From: a virus
Taxonomy: Duplodnaviria > Caudoviricetes
DNA: 64,000 nt
IMG/VR virus record: IMGVR_UViG_3300021399_000003
Coordinates: 32,001-96,000 of that record
Direction: 5' to 3' (one strand)
Position numbers and translations under genes: made by a program
In this document: positions 1-9,621 of the stretch, piece after piece
Position numbering within the stretch: position 1 is the stretch's first letter
Layout of the letters: every line of letters begins with the position of its first letter
Notes under the pieces: generated by a model
Told to the model about the DNA's origin: nothing
Seen by the model: the letters and a program-made list of their open reading frames with translations, nothing else
Database searches by the model: none

Positions 1-932
1 AATTGTTCTTTTTCACAATAGATAATTATTTCAATTGTCCAATTCCAAAATCCAGTTTTCCATATTTCATGGTGTACCGCTTGGTCTGCGATTGTTTTTA
101 TACCAATTGAACTTTTAAAATGGTCGGCAATTCGTTTCTTAACATTGGTACTTTTACCAATATAGCATTTGCCAGTATCAATATTTGTGATTTTATAAAT
201 GCCGGGTTTATCTTCTATTCCAACCCGTTTAAAAGTCCCATCTATATAAGGTTTTACATATTCAGCCCATACAAGTTTATTTATAATATCAGGATGCTGA
301 ACTTTTTGTGAAACAGTGGTAATTAGAAAGCTTATATCTTCTTTATATTCATCAGGAACTTGTATTGTATAAAATAAGCGTTCTTGTTGTTTCATCTCAT
401 ATTGTCTTAAAGGAAGTAATAATCCTTCAAAACGCTCTTGTTGTGCGCGAGTTTCCGCAAGAATATCTTCTTGGCTTTCGCGCGCGGAATCAATCACTTT
501 TTGAACTTCTTCTTTAAATTTATATTCTTTCTCTAGTTCTTCGCGCTCAAATTGAATGTATTTGGTTTTTAAGTTTTCTTCTTTTTCACGCCACAATCGT
601 TCAAAATCTGTATCCATTTCTGATTGGCGCGTAAGTTTTTGATTTTCAAAATATAAGTCTAAATCTGTCGTTTTTTTATTTAGTTCTCGTTTATATTTGT
701 TTTGAATTTCAATTAATTTATCATTATATTCACTAACTAAATTAGTTTGTGTCTTAATATCTTTTGTTAATTCATCTTTTTGAAAACGAAGTTTTTCAAC
801 TCTTCCTTCTGCTTCAGAGATTTCTTTTTTATAAACTTCTAATTGTTTATTGTCAATTGAAACCTTCTGTCCTAATTTTATACTTAATACAATTATTATA
901 ATCGTAAGTATTCCTATTATTCCATATAACAT
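1..932 (-). CDS. N-terminal membrane anchor + long coiled coil + C-terminal GIY-YIG nuclease (partial, runs off the window edge)
   Basis: Not in the ORF track; manual translation from ATG at 932 (RBS AGGAG): MLYGIIGILTIIIIVLSIKLG...E/K/Q-rich...PGIYKITNIDTGKCYIGKSTNVKKRIADH; open to position 1. Confidence 0.8.
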   Translation of the reverse strand, partial: MLYGIIGILTIIIIVLSIKLGQKVSIDNKQLEVYKKEISEAEGRVEKLRFQKDELTKDIKTQTNLVSEYNDKLIEIQNKYKRELNKKTTDLDLYFENQKLTRQSEMDTDFERLWREKEENLKTKYIQFEREELEKEYKFKEEVQKVIDSARESQEDILAETRAQQERFEGLLLPLRQYEMKQQERLFYTIQVPDEYKEDISFLITTVSQKVQHPDIINKLVWAEYVKPYIDGTFKRVGIEDKPGIYKITNIDTGKCYIGKSTNVKKRIADHFKSSIGIKTIADQAVHHEIWKTGFWNWTIEIIIYCEKEQ

Positions 933-1015
933 CTACATCACAACCACTCCTTTACTTTATAATTAATTATATCATGGTTTTTTGAAAAAGTCAAGTAAAA
1001 AAGAAAAGAGCAGGC

Positions 1016-1702
1016 TTATGCCTGCTCATTTTTATATTTCCATTTATATCCACCGCAAGTTTTCTTTATACCGCGGCAAACTCCACTTATATTTTGGGCA
1101 TGTAAACCAGTTTGTCGCGCCGCTTCGCTTGCACTAATATATTCGGTAATAAAATTATTATCTAAGTCATATTGAATAACTGCTTTGCCTATAGGGCCAC
1201 TTTTCTTTTTGATAAAAGGTTTTATTGTAATTGTATCATCATTTTTAGTTTTAAATTGAAAACCTTTCGCTGTTGGCCTGCGTTGTTGTATTACAGCATT
1301 TATAAGAGAAAGATTACACTTTAATTCACGAGCGGCCGCACTCATAGAGGGAAAATCTTTTATGTAATTTCCATCTAAATCATACATTTCTATTTGACGA
1401 TTACAAATAGTATGAAGTGGTCGTTTTCCTCCAGAAGTTTCATTATAGCCATTAAAATAACTATCGTAATAATTAATCCAATAAATTTCTTTTTCGTCTA
1501 ATAATTTTTCATCACATTCTTCAAGAATTGAAAAGGTAAAATTATCAACCCCATATTTACTTATTGCTCTATGAATAGTGCAATCATCATATCGTGCTTT
1601 ATGTTGTCGCCATCTTTGATATATATCTATCGCTTGACCAATATAATCTTTATTATTAAGATTATTATGAATGCGATATATTCCACAAATAATATCTCGC
1701 AT
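1016..1702 (-). CDS. GIY-YIG homing endonuclease with two NUMOD1-like repeats
   Basis: GIYRIHN...YIGQA...R, E..WI..Y, GYN; IEMYDLDGN and VIQYDLDNN repeats ending GYKW. Confidence 0.9.
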   Translation of the reverse strand: MRDIICGIYRIHNNLNNKDYIGQAIDIYQRWRQHKARYDDCTIHRAISKYGVDNFTFSILEECDEKLLDEKEIYWINYYDSYFNGYNETSGGKRPLHTICNRQIEMYDLDGNYIKDFPSMSAAARELKCNLSLINAVIQQRRPTAKGFQFKTKNDDTITIKPFIKKKSGPIGKAVIQYDLDNNFITEYISASEAARQTGLHAQNISGVCRGIKKTCGGYKWKYKNEQA

Positions 1703-1710
1703 ATTTTTAA

Positions 1711-1796
1711 CTCCTTCAACTCCAAAATAAAAGATAAAGGAAGCGGGAGTTGAACGCTTATCAGAAAGGTAGCTAATCTTTCCTATCCTTTATCTT
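1711..1796 (-). promoter_or_regulatory. Structured endonuclease-gene leader, copy 1 (three-stem junction; loop pairs with RBS region)
   Basis: AAGATAAAGG/CCTTTATCTT stem; GAAAG-ATTAGCTAC-CTTTC; TGATAA; loop TTCAACTCC complementary to GGAGTTGAA next to the RBS. Confidence 0.7.
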
Positions 1797-1828
1797 AATA
1801 TATCATAAATTTTAGAAAAAGTCAAGTG

Positions 1829-4087
1829 TTAACCGCATTTACTCCAACCACAGCTGCTACAAATAACACATCCGCCCTCTCTGCGAATGGACTCTCCACA
1901 TTCTGGACACTTTTCGCTTATATCCTGAACACTTTTTGTAGCTGCGAGTTCAGTAGCTTTTTTGCTTTTTACTATGTTCTTTTGAGGTTTTTCTTCTTCT
2001 CCATAATAAAAAGTTTGAAGTGTTTTTGCCATAATATCTGGACAAGATAATCCATCTACAGGTTTGCTAGTTTTTGCACAAGCGGGACAATAAATACCAC
2101 GAAGTTGGTCAATAATTTCTTCAACTTTTACTCCAGAGCGTAGGCCAACTGAAATTAATCTATTTACTGCCGCCGTATTAGCTTTACAGATACCACCTTT
2201 GCTGCTTTCAATAAAAGTCTCAACAAGATTACCCTCATCATCACAATTAACAGTAATATATAATGTGCCACAAGCACAATGTCTGCAATAAGTATTGCCA
2301 TGAGTTGTTCCTAATGTTTTTCGTGATACTGGAATAATAGAATCAAAAATAACCGGAATATCTTCTGGATGAATAGTTTTTGTTTCTGATTTCTTTTCGG
2401 TTGTTAAAATGCCCGCTCTGCGGCAGTTATTTCTAAATACAGTAATACCTTTAAGACCTTTTTGCCACGCTTCCATATAAATATTCATAATATCTTCTAC
2501 AGTAGCTTCTTCCGGTAAATTAACAGTGGAAGAAATAGAAGCATCAATATAATTTTGCCAAGTAGCTTGCATATCAATTCTTTGATGATAATTTAAATCA
2601 CCGGCGGTTACGAAATAATCTGGAAGCATTTTATCATCTTTAATATTGTGCTTCTCCATATATTCCTTTACAATAGGCGTATAAATTTTATATTCTACAT
2701 CTCTACCATACAAGCTTTCTGTCTTACGTGTATAATAGTTTGCAAAAATTGGTTCTATGCCTCCACTAATACCAAGCATAGTGCTTAGAGTCCCTGTCGG
2801 TGCAATTGTTAATAATTGGCTATTTGCAAGACCATTTCTTGCAATAATCGCACGGACCTTATCATCTAGATTACTAAGATAAAAATCTGATTGGTTTAAC
2901 TTATGAAAATCATATTTAGGAAATGGGCCTTTCTGTACAGCTAAATTACAAGACGCATATGCTGCGAAATTTAGAATGTCATGTGCAATAGTATCGCATA
3001 ATTCAAGAGATTCTTGACTTCCATAGCGAATACCCATTTTGATTAGCATATCGGCAATTCCCATTACTCCAAGACCTATTTGACGCCAGTTTTTAACGCT
3101 TTCTCGCTGCTCTGCTAGTGGGTGAAGTGGCAGTCCTTCATCCAAGACATCATTCAGCGCTTCTACTGCTGAATAAGTAGTTTCAGCCAAATCATCAAAA
3201 TCAAAATAAATCGCGCCCGCTGGGCTTTCTTTTACGAAAGCCGCTAAGTTAAGAGAACCCAATAAACAACTGCCACCAGCCGGTAATGGCTCTTCGGCAC
3301 AAGGATTAGTTCCTGCGTATTCAAATTCTTCAAAACCAGAAAGTAGATTGTGCTTTGTAATTCTATCCCAGAATAGCATTCCTGGTTCTCCCATATCCCA
3401 ATTATTGTAAGCTATTTTTTTGAATAATTCATAAGCATCTATAGTTTTATTAATTACTTCGCCAGTTTCTTCTCTTGTAAAAGATAGGACATATGGCTTA
3501 TGATTTTTCGCGGCTTCCATAAAATCGTTAAATACTTTAATAGAAGTATTAGCTTTAGTTACTCTTTCTAAATCGCTCTTAATATCTATAAATTCTTCTA
3601 TATCGGGATGGTTACAATTCATAGAAAGCATAAGAGCTCCTCTACGGCCATTTTGACTAATAAGTCCAGTCACCATAGAATATAAATCCATAAAAGATAC
3701 AGCACCCGAACTTTCTTTCGCAGCATTTCTAACTCTTGCACCCTTAGGAGCCAATTTAGATAAATCTACGCCAACACCGCCTCCATAAGAATAAGTTCTT
3801 GCTAGACTTTTTGCACAATCAAAAATAGATTCAAGATTATCTTCTGGAGGAGAGACAACATAACAATTAGAGTATGTAATTTTTGCCTTATCTGCTAATC
3901 CACGATTGGCCAAGATACGGCCGCCAAATAAAAACTTTTTATCTCTAATGATTTGTTTAACATTTTCTTTTTTACCACTTACTCTATCTAGCCATTCTTC
4001 AAATGTTTCATTATTATATCTATATTTTCTTTCCCAAATTGAAATACCCACTTCATTATTTTCGCCAAGCCAATCTTGAATTTTCAT
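1829..4087 (-). CDS. nrdJ: Class II (adenosylcobalamin-dependent) ribonucleotide reductase
   Basis: SNCYV, GGGVG, RRGA, TNPCAE catalytic motif, IAPTGT, C-terminal CPECG/CSSCGWSKC; no beta subunit nearby. Confidence 0.92.
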   Translation of the reverse strand: MKIQDWLGENNEVGISIWERKYRYNNETFEEWLDRVSGKKENVKQIIRDKKFLFGGRILANRGLADKAKITYSNCYVVSPPEDNLESIFDCAKSLARTYSYGGGVGVDLSKLAPKGARVRNAAKESSGAVSFMDLYSMVTGLISQNGRRGALMLSMNCNHPDIEEFIDIKSDLERVTKANTSIKVFNDFMEAAKNHKPYVLSFTREETGEVINKTIDAYELFKKIAYNNWDMGEPGMLFWDRITKHNLLSGFEEFEYAGTNPCAEEPLPAGGSCLLGSLNLAAFVKESPAGAIYFDFDDLAETTYSAVEALNDVLDEGLPLHPLAEQRESVKNWRQIGLGVMGIADMLIKMGIRYGSQESLELCDTIAHDILNFAAYASCNLAVQKGPFPKYDFHKLNQSDFYLSNLDDKVRAIIARNGLANSQLLTIAPTGTLSTMLGISGGIEPIFANYYTRKTESLYGRDVEYKIYTPIVKEYMEKHNIKDDKMLPDYFVTAGDLNYHQRIDMQATWQNYIDASISSTVNLPEEATVEDIMNIYMEAWQKGLKGITVFRNNCRRAGILTTEKKSETKTIHPEDIPVIFDSIIPVSRKTLGTTHGNTYCRHCACGTLYITVNCDDEGNLVETFIESSKGGICKANTAAVNRLISVGLRSGVKVEEIIDQLRGIYCPACAKTSKPVDGLSCPDIMAKTLQTFYYGEEEKPQKNIVKSKKATELAATKSVQDISEKCPECGESIRREGGCVICSSCGWSKCG

Positions 4088-4090
4088 ATT

Positions 4091-4348
4091 TTAGTTTTCC
4101 TCCCAATTCAATCTATCTTGATAAATACCGCCAGTGCTAAAATGGAAACCACAATAAGGACAAGTGTCATTTGTAATTTCCCAATTATACTTTGTGCTTG
4201 TATGCGGGCAATGCTTTTGATTGTCAATAATGGCAAGCTTTATTTTTTGTATGGTATCTTTTCGCTCCATAGTGGAAAGAGCCATTCTTAATTCTTTATT
4301 AAGCTGTTCGCGAGTTTGAATAATATCATCAATCCTCATATTCTCCAC
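4091..4348 (-). CDS. Hypothetical protein with Zn-ribbon (CPH/CPYC)
   Basis: ORF in operon context. Confidence 0.7.
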   Translation of the reverse strand: MENMRIDDIIQTREQLNKELRMALSTMERKDTIQKIKLAIIDNQKHCPHTSTKYNWEITNDTCPYCGFHFSTGGIYQDRLNWEEN

Positions 4349-5415
4349 CTTCCTCCTTTCGCAACCATCTCGTGAGACTGTGTAAATAAGTCTTTTGCTG
4401 ATGGATAAAATTTTAATAATAGTTCTCGTTCATCCATTGCTGGATTTTTCTTTTTAGTATTTATTCTATCATTTAAAATTATTGAATAATTATCTTTTCT
4501 GGTGACATCCGCCCACCGTTCAATGCGAATAGATAAATTCGCTAATGGATTTTTATACCCAATAAATGGTGGTTCATATAAGATTTTTATTGGTATATCT
4601 ACACTCCAAAGACAATATAATAAATTCATTTTATAAATCATATCTTTGAAGTATTGAAAGTTTGTAGCAAAATTTCCACCTAGTTGTATATAAACATTAG
4701 AATAAGGAGTAATATCGGCTTTTAAATAATTTTTATATTTATTAGTCATGTAATACACTTCATCTAATGGTATATCTAAATCAAATATAATTGTATTTGA
4801 ACGAGTCATTTTAGGATAATTTCTTATTTCAAAAAACTCGGATAACTTTTTACAAACAATAGGATGTATTCTTACAATAGAAGATGGCTTTCTATTGCTA
4901 ATATCTTCTAATATGTCGCGCCAATCTGGATAGAAAAATTCACGGTCATACATTATTAATCGTTTGTTTGACATGATAGGCGGAACTGGTAATTTCTCTT
5001 CGCCCGCATAACAGCGATAATAGCTATTATCTAATACATTAGATATAACTTTTGCTTTTATACCGTCATCGTATTTTCCCTTAAGGTATTCTTTATAGAT
5101 TGCTGGCCGCGGAATGGTAAAGTCTATAATTGAATTTTCAAATGGAATATATTTTCCATTCGTAAAAGCAGTGCCGCCATATTCTACAGCAGGCGAGCGC
5201 AAGAATTTTTCTGGCACTTTTGGAACTGCGTGCCCTTCACTGAAAAAATAAATCTTTTCATATCCAGACAAATCTTCTTCATCCAAAGATAACAATCTAC
5301 AAAACCGATTTTCTTCGGTTTTGTAATAAGTTGCTAATTTCATTATTTCAAGATTAGGAATGATAAATTTAGAGGAAGAAAAATTAGATATATCATAATC
5401 AACTAGCCCTATCAT
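4336..5415 (-). CDS. Hypothetical protein; N-terminus resembles phage radical-SAM-type proteins but lacks CxxxCxxC
   Basis: IGLVDYD...PNLEIMKLATYYK...YGGT. Confidence 0.6.
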   Translation of the reverse strand: MIGLVDYDISNFSSSKFIIPNLEIMKLATYYKTEENRFCRLLSLDEEDLSGYEKIYFFSEGHAVPKVPEKFLRSPAVEYGGTAFTNGKYIPFENSIIDFTIPRPAIYKEYLKGKYDDGIKAKVISNVLDNSYYRCYAGEEKLPVPPIMSNKRLIMYDREFFYPDWRDILEDISNRKPSSIVRIHPIVCKKLSEFFEIRNYPKMTRSNTIIFDLDIPLDEVYYMTNKYKNYLKADITPYSNVYIQLGGNFATNFQYFKDMIYKMNLLYCLWSVDIPIKILYEPPFIGYKNPLANLSIRIERWADVTRKDNYSIILNDRINTKKKNPAMDERELLLKFYPSAKDLFTQSHEMVAKGGRWRI

Positions 5416-8400
5416 TCTTCTACCTCCGCGCGCTCATATTGGAAAGTTAAATTTCCATATTCGTCTACATTTGTTATTTTAGAAATAATCGGATAGATTG
5501 ACTGTTTCTTTTTCTTTGGGATAAAATCATTTCCACGGCGAATACCTTGAACCATAAGTTTTGTTCCTCTTTGAAACCAACTTCGCTCAAGAATTTTTTT
5601 GTGACCGTCATCTCCACGCTGGCTTAATTGCTTATCATAAATCGCATACTGATTCTTATAAATCTTTACATTTACAACGCCAGTCGGGGTTAAGAGCGTA
5701 ACTGTATTACGATTCTTATCCTTATCAATTACAGTTCCAATAATTTTAAATAACTTATATACTTTGATTTCTTGGCCATTACTTCCAGGGAAACTATACT
5801 CAATTTCAGGCTCTTCTGATAATTTGAAGAAATCATCAAAATCATTCTTGGCCTTTGCTAATTCGTGCTCATGATAGTAGAATGAGATACTATCCATTTC
5901 CCACTTACTAATATTACCATCAGCATATTTATCGGCAATTTCATCATATAAAGCCTTATTTAGCTTGGCCAATGCTTCTTCTTTATTATCTTTTAAATAC
6001 TGGCGCATTGGTTCCATTGCCTTCTTATAGATATTATCCCAAGTTTTCTGTAAAACTCTTGTGCCATCTTCAACTATATCTATATCAAAATGATTATCAA
6101 TAAAGTTAATTGCGGCTTCATTTAATTCGTAATAAATTCCATCCTTACAAGTTTTTAGAAACTTATTAAATGAAAATAATTTCGCATAGAATTGCATATC
6201 AGCCGGTATCTGATTTTTCGCAATTAACATTGACATATTTTGAAGAGTTAATCTTTGCTTCTTATCAGCAATCATGTCAATATATTTTGCCATAATTTCT
6301 TCGCGCGGAATATTCTCAATATTATCAAACGCGCCAGACTTAATTAAATTTATCATTTGAAGTTTATTCACCTTAATTTTCATTAAGAAATCTTTCAATG
6401 ACTCATATGGTCGCATAGCCATAATTTCATTAATCTTGTCCGTGGAGACGCGAGTGATGCCGCGTAGCCCATAAAGAATAACATTATCTTTTGCGACAGG
6501 TGTAAATGTAAAAGAAGACTGGTTGATGTCAGGTGGAGATACTTTAATTCCATAATCGCCCATTTTACCAATAATTGAGGCAATACGCCCATAGTCAACG
6601 ACTTTGTTCTTTTTCTTTTTCTTATCTGCCGTTGTTTCGGTTGTTTCTTCATTTGCTTCTTCCCATTCTTCTTCATCTTCTTCATCTAAATATTCAGAAG
6701 TATTCATATATTCAACACTATTTTCTAATAAGACAGCTTGAATTTCATCTTCATCTTCTTCATCAATATCTTCGGTTTGAACTCCACCGCTATCTACTAT
6801 CAGATTTGCTGTGTTCCAATACACAATTGGATACCTATATGCCAGATTCATTTCTTGAAGAGCAATAATGGAATAAGCATAAGTATGACTTGCGTTAAAA
6901 CCGTATCCGCGGCTTAACGCGATTTGAACATCCCAGACATAATGACAAAATCTTTTACTAAGATTCTTTTCATCTACTCGTTCATAAAATTCTTTGGTTA
7001 GTTGCTCATATTCTTTTGGGTTCTTCTTCGCAATACTCTTACGAAGTCTATCAGCCCATTGTAAGTCCCAGCCGCCGCATTCTGGTAGCTGAACTAATTT
7101 CATAAATTGTTCCTGTGTAATTGACAAACCGTCTGAAACATCTAATTGCTCATGAAGCAATTCTCGTTCCTTATTTGAAAGACCATACTGAATCATTTCA
7201 GTTTCCCAATCATTAGGATGCTTACGAAAACGAGCATATTTATCTAGTGGTGATTCTGCACCTTTTTCTGACGCCATAAGACGAATAACCGAGTTTAAAG
7301 TTGCTAAGTCATCAACATTTTTTGGATGAGTTAGTGAAATACCACGAATACCACTTGCCTTTTCCATTTGAAAAAGACTTACAATCTTATGTTCATCTAC
7401 TAACTTCCACATATCTTCGTCATCACGAAGAATGTTATATACACCCAATGCTTTTTCATATGTTTCACGTAAAGTCGGATACTTTTCAATATATCCATCT
7501 TTAATTAACATTTCAAGACAGGTCTGGATTTTATCTGCGGCTTCAACCGATAGAAGGTCCATTTTAATTTCTGAAACATCCTCCAAATCGTGAAGCTCAA
7601 ACTGAGTAATAATTGTTCCATCGGGCGCGCGCATAAGAGCACTAGACTCAGTGAAATCCTTATCCTTAAACACGACACCGCCCGCATGGATACCATATCC
7701 ACAAATTAGTCCTTCAATTTTACTAGCAACTTCCCATAACTTATCATACTTATTTATTTCTTCAACAAATGTTGGATTTGGTTTAATACCATTTTCTTCA
7801 TCACCATAATACATTTGATGTAATGTATATGCTTGGCCACGTTCCTGCGTAACCAGCGAAGAAATATACTGCGCATTATCTACATCAATTCCTAAACCGC
7901 GACATGCGGTAAGAATTGCTGATTTAGACTTTTCTAGTTTGAATGTTGCTACATTTGATACTCGGTTTTCACCATAATACTTTCTCAAATGTTCCAACAC
8001 TTGCGCGCGCTTAATACCAGAAATATCTACATCAATATCAAGAACAGACACACGTGCAGGATTAAGGAAACGCCAAGGATACATGGCTGTCTTTTCGCGC
8101 AAAGCATTAATTTGAATAATGTCTAACGCATATAAAAGTAAGAATCCGCCACCAGAACCACGTGCGGGCATAACTAATGTTCCAGCATTCCAACACTCAT
8201 CTATGATTTTTTGAAGATTAAGGAAGTAGGCGGACCATCTTGCTTTATTTACTTCACTAGAAACCCAAGTCATATTTAGACACTCATTAAGCGCATCATA
8301 TGCTTTTTGATTCTGTAAATCTTCGTGCTTTTGGATTCCATCAATAACAGCAAAGAATAATTCATTATCAGCACGATAAAAGGAATGAAGAAATTTATCT

Positions 8401-9401
8401 AATTCTGGAATATAATTAATATACTTATCTATTTCCTCTTGCGTGCGCGCGTGAAACTCGCGCCAAGGCAGCATAGGAATTTCTAACGGCTTTAAGATTG
8501 AAAAATCTTCACACTTATCTTTAATTTCTCTAATATAATAATATGCGGCTTCAATTTCTTCTTTTTCAAGATAAGGAAAAAACGAACGAATTTCCTCATC
8601 ACTCATCATATAAGTCGTTTCATAAAAACTTCTTACTTCGCGCTCACCATCCTGCGCATTAAGAAATGATTCGTGAATGAATGAATCTTCTGGCCGCAGA
8701 TAATGACTATCGGTTGTAATGATATATGGAAGTTTTAATTCTCTTGCTATCTTAATGAGATGTTGATTAATAAAAATTTGCTCTTTATTATTAGATGGTT
8801 GTAATTCAAGATAAAAATTACCACGACCAAATATATCTTCTATATATAGACACCATTGTTTAGCGGTTTTATAAAACTCTTCATCACCGGTATCCATATA
8901 TCTTAAAAGGAATTTATCAAGCTGTGAACCAAGACAAGCTGACGATGCAATTAAATGTCCTTGATTTGGCTTAACGACTTCTTTTAAATCTCGGTAGTAA
9001 GTTGGACGCCTCCTTAACCTACGACTAATATAAGAACGACGCCACGCGCGAGTAGAAAGTTCACAAATCTGATGATAACCTTCCAAATCACGACAAAGAA
9101 GAATAAAGTGGAAATACCTATCTTTATTCTTATCATAATTTGTCGCATTTAAATCATTTCGCGTAAGATAAATCTCATTACCACGAATAAGTTTAAAATC
9201 TGGATGTTCCTTTTTAATTTTATTGTAATATTTTTCAGCCTTAATATAACTTGAAATAGTTTCATGGTCTGTGATTGCTACACACTCATGATCTAATTCA
9301 ATAGCCGTATCAATCAGAGAATTTACTTTATTAATACAATCTCGTAAAGTCTCATTACTATAATCCGTGTGATTATGAAGACTACCAGGGTATTTACTCA
9401 C
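5412..9401 (-). CDS. dnaE: DNA polymerase III alpha subunit (family C, PHP domain)
   Basis: LHNHTDYS, AITDH, RGSGGG, LDIDVD, GIHAGG, KMDLL, YGFNASH. Confidence 0.95.
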   Translation of the reverse strand: MSKYPGSLHNHTDYSNETLRDCINKVNSLIDTAIELDHECVAITDHETISSYIKAEKYYNKIKKEHPDFKLIRGNEIYLTRNDLNATNYDKNKDRYFHFILLCRDLEGYHQICELSTRAWRRSYISRRLRRRPTYYRDLKEVVKPNQGHLIASSACLGSQLDKFLLRYMDTGDEEFYKTAKQWCLYIEDIFGRGNFYLELQPSNNKEQIFINQHLIKIARELKLPYIITTDSHYLRPEDSFIHESFLNAQDGEREVRSFYETTYMMSDEEIRSFFPYLEKEEIEAAYYYIREIKDKCEDFSILKPLEIPMLPWREFHARTQEEIDKYINYIPELDKFLHSFYRADNELFFAVIDGIQKHEDLQNQKAYDALNECLNMTWVSSEVNKARWSAYFLNLQKIIDECWNAGTLVMPARGSGGGFLLLYALDIIQINALREKTAMYPWRFLNPARVSVLDIDVDISGIKRAQVLEHLRKYYGENRVSNVATFKLEKSKSAILTACRGLGIDVDNAQYISSLVTQERGQAYTLHQMYYGDEENGIKPNPTFVEEINKYDKLWEVASKIEGLICGYGIHAGGVVFKDKDFTESSALMRAPDGTIITQFELHDLEDVSEIKMDLLSVEAADKIQTCLEMLIKDGYIEKYPTLRETYEKALGVYNILRDDEDMWKLVDEHKIVSLFQMEKASGIRGISLTHPKNVDDLATLNSVIRLMASEKGAESPLDKYARFRKHPNDWETEMIQYGLSNKERELLHEQLDVSDGLSITQEQFMKLVQLPECGGWDLQWADRLRKSIAKKNPKEYEQLTKEFYERVDEKNLSKRFCHYVWDVQIALSRGYGFNASHTYAYSIIALQEMNLAYRYPIVYWNTANLIVDSGGVQTEDIDEEDEDEIQAVLLENSVEYMNTSEYLDEEDEEEWEEANEETTETTADKKKKKNKVVDYGRIASIIGKMGDYGIKVSPPDINQSSFTFTPVAKDNVILYGLRGITRVSTDKINEIMAMRPYESLKDFLMKIKVNKLQMINLIKSGAFDNIENIPREEIMAKYIDMIADKKQRLTLQNMSMLIAKNQIPADMQFYAKLFSFNKFLKTCKDGIYYELNEAAINFIDNHFDIDIVEDGTRVLQKTWDNIYKKAMEPMRQYLKDNKEEALAKLNKALYDEIADKYADGNISKWEMDSISFYYHEHELAKAKNDFDDFFKLSEEPEIEYSFPGSNGQEIKVYKLFKIIGTVIDKDKNRNTVTLLTPTGVVNVKIYKNQYAIYDKQLSQRGDDGHKKILERSWFQRGTKLMVQGIRRGNDFIPKKKKQSIYPIISKITNVDEYGNLTFQYERAEVEE

Positions 9402-9456
9402 ACAATCACTTCCTTTCTTTATTCTATAATTATTATATCATAGAATTTTATTTTTG

Positions 9457-9621
9457 TCAATTATAAGGATATTCATGTTCTTTATAATCCCAAGCTACCT
9501 GTTCTTCATATTCATCTTTTTCTTGACGAATAGTCAAACAAGCAGCGTTATTTCTAGACCAAAATACAGGACAATTTTCTCCATACTTACATTCAAAACA
9601 TTCAATATCTTTAAAAATCAT
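9457..9621 (-). CDS. Small Cys-containing hypothetical protein (54 aa)
   Basis: Manual translation MIFKDIECFECKYGENCP...; overlaps the end of the upstream gene. Confidence 0.5.
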   Translation of the reverse strand: MIFKDIECFECKYGENCPVFWSRNNAACLTIRQEKDEYEEQVAWDYKEHEYPYN

